Source: an uncultured delta proteobacterium
GTDB taxonomy: Bacteria > Desulfobacterota > Binatia > UBA9968
Length of the DNA stretch: 64,000 nucleotides
Direction of reading: 5' to 3'
Assembly: GCA_963760795.1 (NCBI GenBank)
Contig: CAVXEP010000004.1
Coordinates: forward strand, 192,001-256,000
The number at the start of each line of letters is the position of its first letter. Within the stretch, counting starts at the first letter, position 1. The notes under the pieces were generated by a model, which was not told the origin of the DNA, searched no databases, and saw only the letters and a list, made by a program, of their open reading frames with translations. A program made the position numbers and the translations under genes. Shown here piece by piece: positions 59,370 through 64,000 of this stretch.

Positions 59370-60029
59370 TCAGTATTTCGCCAGCGCATCCAACAGTTTC
59401 TGCGTACTGGCCGGCGGCGTAATCTTGCCCTCAAGAATATCGGCCGGATAGACAGGCTTACCGTAAAACTCCTCGTTCGCTTCATAGCGGGTGGCAACCG
59501 CCGTGCCCTCCAGGGACACTCCGGCAAAAATTCCTTGGCTGCGGCTGTAAGTGTATATCGCGGCCTTCGGCGCGACACCGGCCTCGGCTGAACGCCCGAC
59601 CGGACCCACCGCGACGCTTAGATTGGCCCCGAGTGTAAAATTGGTGCCTTGTGTGAAAGCCTTGATCGCCTCTGGAGTGTTGAGAATAATCACGTGCTCG
59701 GTGACCTGCACCCCCGCTTGGAAGCCGACTCCGACGCCTCCTGTACCGATCGCCGAGGGACCGCTCCAACCCGTCGGTGTGCGCGCCAGGACAATCCCTG
59801 TTCCGCCCCTGCCGCTGACCACGAAACCGGCTTTGGTCATGGCGAAGATCGCCACACCCTTGGCGTCGCGCATGACCGCCGGCGGAATCGCCGACTCCGG
59901 TATCTCACCAAAACGCTCGATAATCGATAACGCCTGGTCGACATCGTCCTGCATGGTGGCATGCCCGGGAGAAGCCACAGAGAACAGCGCAAATATCGCA
60001 ACAGCAAACAAAATTAGTCGAGTTTTCAT
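59370..60029 (-). CDS. Lipid-binding SYLF (Ysc84-like) domain protein
   Basis: KAGFVVSGRGGTG, WSGPSAI, AVGPVGRSAEAG, YSRSQGIFAGVSLEG, NEEFYG. Confidence 0.92.
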   Translation of the reverse strand: MKTRLILFAVAIFALFSVASPGHATMQDDVDQALSIIERFGEIPESAIPPAVMRDAKGVAIFAMTKAGFVVSGRGGTGIVLARTPTGWSGPSAIGTGGVGVGFQAGVQVTEHVIILNTPEAIKAFTQGTNFTLGANLSVAVGPVGRSAEAGVAPKAAIYTYSRSQGIFAGVSLEGTAVATRYEANEEFYGKPVYPADILEGKITPPASTQKLLDALAKY

Positions 60030-60257
60030 TGTATACCCTCCCGCTGGCGACAACTTACAAGTATCGCAGGCGAAAAATCTTTCACTCTTAGAGTAAACTA
60101 CGGCAGGCGGTGCCACAAGAATGCCCCGCAATTGAAGTCAACTTTCTCTTTTGCGTCATTCACCAGCACGGGGGAATCCAGGTGAAGTGTTGATATTTAC
60201 TGCCGATTTGTTGATTACTATTTCAAACAGACATGGTATCAGCCACGGAGGCCGTTT

Positions 60258-61331
60258 GTGATCTCCAGACAGCTAGGTTTGAAAAGCCAGATTCTGGCCA
60301 ATTCCATCGCTTTCGTCACGCGTTCGCTCGGGCTGTCGCTGTTGCTCGCGAATCTTCAACCGGCTCTCGCTCAAGATTTCTACAAAGACAAAACCATTCG
60401 CTTCATCGTCGGCCAGGCGGCCGGCGGCGGCTACGATACCTACACGCGCACCATCGCGCGCTACATCGGCAAATATATACCCGGCGGGCCAACCACCGTG
60501 GCCGACAACATGACCGGCGCCGGCAGCTTGGTGGCGGCCAATTATATTTTTAATAACGCCAAGCCGGACGGCTTGACCGTCGGCATGTGGAACAGCGCGC
60601 TGGTTTTCAATCAGGCGATGGGCGATCGCAACGTCAAGTTCGATGCGCGCAAGTTCGGCTGGATCGGCGCGCCGAGCAAGAGCGTGCCGGTATGCTTGGT
60701 GATGGGTTTCGCTGGGCCGAAGACCATGGACGAGATTGTTAAATCGGCGAAACCGCTGCGCATGGGCGGCACTGGACCGGGCTCGCACAGCATCGACATG
60801 CCGCTCTTGCTAAATAAAATGCTCGGCAGCAAATTCGCCGTGGTATCGGGCTACCAGGGCACGGCGCAAATCAAGATCGCCTTGCAGCGCCGCGAGGTCG
60901 ACGGCTACTGCACCAACTGGGACTCGATCTTGGCGACGCAAAAGGACATGCTCGACGGCAAAGGCGACGACCGTTTGATTCCTTTCATCCTGCACGCCCC
61001 TGTGCCCGAGACTGAAGCGAAAGGCGTGACCCTCGTCAACGAGGCGATCAAAGACGAAAATCACCTGCGCGCCTATCGCGCCTACATGGCGCAGATGGAA
61101 TACTCGCGCCCGTTCACCATCGCGCCCAACACCCCGAAAGATCGCTTGGAAATCCTCCGGCGCGCGTTCAAGGCGACCTTGGCTGACGGCGATTTCCTCG
61201 CCCAAGCCGCTAAGTTGAAACTCGACATCAACTACGTGTCCGGCGAAGAAAGCGAAAAGTGGGTTGGCGAAGTGCTGTCGCTGCCGCCCAAGATGAAGGA
61301 AGAGCTGAAGTATTTATCGCCGGTGCAATGA
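60258..61331 (+). CDS. Bug/TctC-like substrate-binding protein
   Basis: FYKDKTIRFIVG, GGGYDTYTR, NMTGAGSL, AKPDGLT, ALQRREVDG. Confidence 0.9.
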   Translation: MISRQLGLKSQILANSIAFVTRSLGLSLLLANLQPALAQDFYKDKTIRFIVGQAAGGGYDTYTRTIARYIGKYIPGGPTTVADNMTGAGSLVAANYIFNNAKPDGLTVGMWNSALVFNQAMGDRNVKFDARKFGWIGAPSKSVPVCLVMGFAGPKTMDEIVKSAKPLRMGGTGPGSHSIDMPLLLNKMLGSKFAVVSGYQGTAQIKIALQRREVDGYCTNWDSILATQKDMLDGKGDDRLIPFILHAPVPETEAKGVTLVNEAIKDENHLRAYRAYMAQMEYSRPFTIAPNTPKDRLEILRRAFKATLADGDFLAQAAKLKLDINYVSGEESEKWVGEVLSLPPKMKEELKYLSPVQ

Positions 61332-61371
61332 AGCGTCAGTGAACCAAGGGGAATTGCCAAGGAGAATCGAA

Positions 61372-62491
61372 ATGAAGAACAGTTTCAAAGCGATGGATTC
61401 CGACATGCATGTCTTCGAGCCGGCCGATCTATGGCAGCGTTACATCGATAAAAACTACCTCGACCGCGCGCCCAAGGGACTTGAACCGCGCCTTCCGCGA
61501 TCTCGGCATCGAGGTCGACGGCAAAGTCCTACCGATCCCGCGCAAGCCGGAAAACCCCGCCCTGGCGAAATACCGTGAAGACTTCTTTGATGAGAAATAC
61601 GGTGAAGCCGGCAAACGCAACTTCGACGGCGTGTCGCAACTCCAAGCCATGGATAAGGAAGGACTGGATATCGCCTTTCTATTTCCAACCCGGGCGCTAA
61701 CCGCACTCGGCATCGACGGTCTCGACCCCGACTTCGCCACCGCCATCGCCCGCGCTTACAACGACTGGCTGCACGACTTCGCCCAGGCCGATCCCAAGCG
61801 CATGTTCGGCGTCACCATGGTCGCGCCCCATGATATCAGCGGCGCCATCGAAGAGATCCGCCGCACGGTCAAGGAGTACGGTTTTCGCGGCATCTTCATC
61901 CGCCCGAACCATGTCAACAACAAGAAATGGAGCGATCCCTACTACGATCCGCTTTGGGCCGAGTGCGAGAAGTTGAATTTACCGGTGGGCTTCCACGAAG
62001 CCGGCCGGGTCTATCTGCCCCAGCCGGCGTTCTTCCACATCTGCTCGACCTTCTCGATGTTCAACACCTTCGGCTTTCCGTTTGCGAATATGCTCGCCTG
62101 CGGCGACATGATCTTCGGCGGCGTCATGGAACGCTTCCCCAAGCTGAAAGTGGCGTTCTTGGAAGGCAACTGTTCCTGGGTGCCCTGGCTGCTCTGGCGC
62201 ATGGGCGAATACGCCGAGACCACCGGCGTGGCGGAATATCCGGATTTGACGATGACGCCGCTGGAATACTTCCAGCGCAATTGTTACGGCGCCGTGGAGT
62301 GCGACGAGGTCACCGCCAAACATATTCCCGAGTATGGCCTCGAAGACAACATGGTCTTCTCCACCGACTACCCGCACCTAGACGTAAAATACCCCCACGC
62401 CATCGACACCTTCCTGGAGCAACCCTTCACCGAACAAATGAAACGCAAATGGCTCTGGGACAACTGCGCGCGAATGTACAACTTCGAATGA
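61372..62491 (+). CDS. Amidohydrolase family protein, +1 frameshift near 61480
   Basis: AMDSDMHVFEP, AMDKEGLD, AYNDW, ERFPKLKVAFLEGNCSW, FSTDYPH. Confidence 0.9.
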
Positions 62492-62499
62492 GACGGGAA

Positions 62500-62994
62500 T
62501 GGCCGCAAAGAACGCAAAGTTCGCAAAATGGGATAAAGAATCGACGCCTCTCATCTGCCTTACGAGAGCGGTTGACGTTTAATGAATTGCGACCACGCGA
62601 ACTTACGAATTTCGAATTTGGACGAGCCAAAATTTATCAGCAATCCATGCTCGAGTTTCGCGGAGCGAAGGTAACCGAGAATTTGCGCTTCATGTTCAAG
62701 GGCTAGAGATCTGCCGGCCTTGACCTCGATTATCAGAACTTCCTCAACCAGCAGGTCCGCGAAGTATTCGCCGAGTAAAGTTCCATCTTCATCGAATACG
62801 TTCAGCGAATGCTGTGGTTTCACACTGATGTTAGCCTTGCGCAATCGATGGATGAGCGCAGTTTCGTAAACCCTCTCAAGATGCCCCGGTCCAAGATACA
62901 CATGAATGTCATAGGCGACTTGCCGCACTCGATCGCACAATTGCTTAACTTCAAGCTCTGTCATTTTTTGTGTACTTTGCGTTCTTTGCGGCCA
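62500..62994. mobile_element. Putative gene-carrying family A element: GxxExxY gene between ~29-bp inverted repeats
   Basis: TGGCCGCAAAGAACGCAAAGTTCGCAAAA (62500-62528) and TTTTGTGTACTTTGCGTTCTTTGCGGCCA (62966-62994). Confidence 0.7.
62560..62964 (-). CDS. GxxExxY protein (PD-(D/E)xK nuclease-like, TIGR04256)
   Basis: LGPGHLERVYETAL, YFADLLVE, IIEVKA, HEAQILGYL, GLLINFG. Confidence 0.93.
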   Translation of the reverse strand: MTELEVKQLCDRVRQVAYDIHVYLGPGHLERVYETALIHRLRKANISVKPQHSLNVFDEDGTLLGEYFADLLVEEVLIIEVKAGRSLALEHEAQILGYLRSAKLEHGLLINFGSSKFEIRKFAWSQFIKRQPLS

Positions 62995-63006
62995 ACCCAC
63001 CGAATC

Positions 63007-63768
63007 CTAAATCTCCACGATCACCGGCGCGTGGTCGGAAGGGCGCTCTTTGGCGCGGAAATCGCAGTCGATGGCGCAGCTCTTACACGTCTTCGCCAGT
63101 TCCGCTGAGAGCAGGATATGATCGATGCGCAGGCCTAGGTTGCGCTTGAAGCCGTTCATGCGGTAGTCCCACCAGCTGTAGGACTTGTCGACTTGGTCGA
63201 ACATGCGGAAACTATCGGTCAGGCCCAGGGCGGCAATTTCCTTGAACGCGGCTTTTTCCGGGTCGCTAAACAACACTTTTCCAGCCCAAGCCTTGGGATC
63301 GTAAACATCGCGGTCCTCCGGCGCGATATTGTAATCGCCCAACAGCGCGAGTTTGGGATGGGCCGCCACTTCCTGTTTCAACCATACGGTCAGCGCCTGC
63401 AGCCAGCCGAGCTTATATTTGTATTTTTCAGATTCGACCGCCTCGCCGTTGGGGATGTAGACGCAGATCACCCGCACACCGTTCACCGACGCTGCGATCA
63501 CGCGCTTTTGCAGATCTTCCAGGCTCGGTATACCCGCGCACACGTCGGCCGCAGCCGTCGGTGTCAGTATCGCCACGCCGTTGTAGGTCCTCTGGCAGGA
63601 GTACACCGCCTGATAACCTGCTGCGTTGATAGCCGCCAGCGGAAAATTCACATCTTCGAGCTTGAGCTCCTGCAAGCACAGCGCATCGGGTTTGTGCCGA
63701 TCGAGAAACTCCAAGACATGGGGCAGACGCACTTTAAGGGAATTGACGTTCCAGGTTGCCAGTTTCAT
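63007..63768 (-). CDS. xth: Exodeoxyribonuclease III
   Basis: MKLATWNVNS, LQELK, YNGVAIL, YIPNG, GDYNIAP, YSWWDYR, GLRIDHIL, SDHAPV. Confidence 0.96.
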   Translation of the reverse strand: MKLATWNVNSLKVRLPHVLEFLDRHKPDALCLQELKLEDVNFPLAAINAAGYQAVYSCQRTYNGVAILTPTAAADVCAGIPSLEDLQKRVIAASVNGVRVICVYIPNGEAVESEKYKYKLGWLQALTVWLKQEVAAHPKLALLGDYNIAPEDRDVYDPKAWAGKVLFSDPEKAAFKEIAALGLTDSFRMFDQVDKSYSWWDYRMNGFKRNLGLRIDHILLSAELAKTCKSCAIDCDFRAKERPSDHAPVIVEI

Positions 63769-63783
63769 GATTCTCCTCTGAAG

Positions 63784-64000
63784 CTATTTTTTTCCCGCTG
63801 CCGCCAAGGCGTCGTCGACGACTTTGAGCACGGGCTTCATCGCCAGCCATTGATCGGTGTCGAGATATTTGACGCCGTCGAGGCGCCGGCTCTTGGGATC
63901 GACCTCGTCCTTCGCTATATCGATGCGCAGTGAATCCGGCGATCCTTCGTCGGCCTTGCCCAGCGCCTTCTGAAAATTCACCTGGCCGTCGCGGGAGAGA
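63784..64000 (-). CDS. 3' end of a gene truncated by the window edge, probably an ABC solute-binding protein
   Basis: Frame is open to the window end: SRDGQVNFQK...DSLRIDIAKD. Confidence 0.55.
   Translation of the reverse strand, partial: LSRDGQVNFQKALGKADEGSPDSLRIDIAKDEVDPKSRRLDGVKYLDTDQWLAMKPVLKVVDDALAAAGKK

Overview
GC-rich bacterial chromosomal window. It is dominated by catabolic and transport genes: about 12 solute-binding proteins (SsuA/NMT1-like, Bug/TctC-like, Fe/polyamine-type, family 5) against only one permease, four amidohydrolases, a UbiD decarboxylase, VOC and cupin enzymes, a CoA-transferase/MaoC cluster, two DUF1989 genes, a sigma-54 two-component system and xth. This content resembles Binatota/deltaproteobacteria-like soil genomes (inference). 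About ten genes are broken by single-base insertions, which look like sequencing error. The most interesting layer is intergenic. A GxxExxY nuclease-fold gene (62560-62964) is enclosed by ~29-bp inverted repeats, and those repeats recur gene-less across the window. A decayed four-helix-bundle gene (22240-22600) is enclosed by 7-bp-periodic inverted repeats. Several other periodic or REP-like repeat families nest inside one another. A solitary integron gene cassette with an attC site lies at 50274-50775. All three gene-carrying inserts sit between convergent host genes. No rRNA, tRNA or CRISPR array was recognised.
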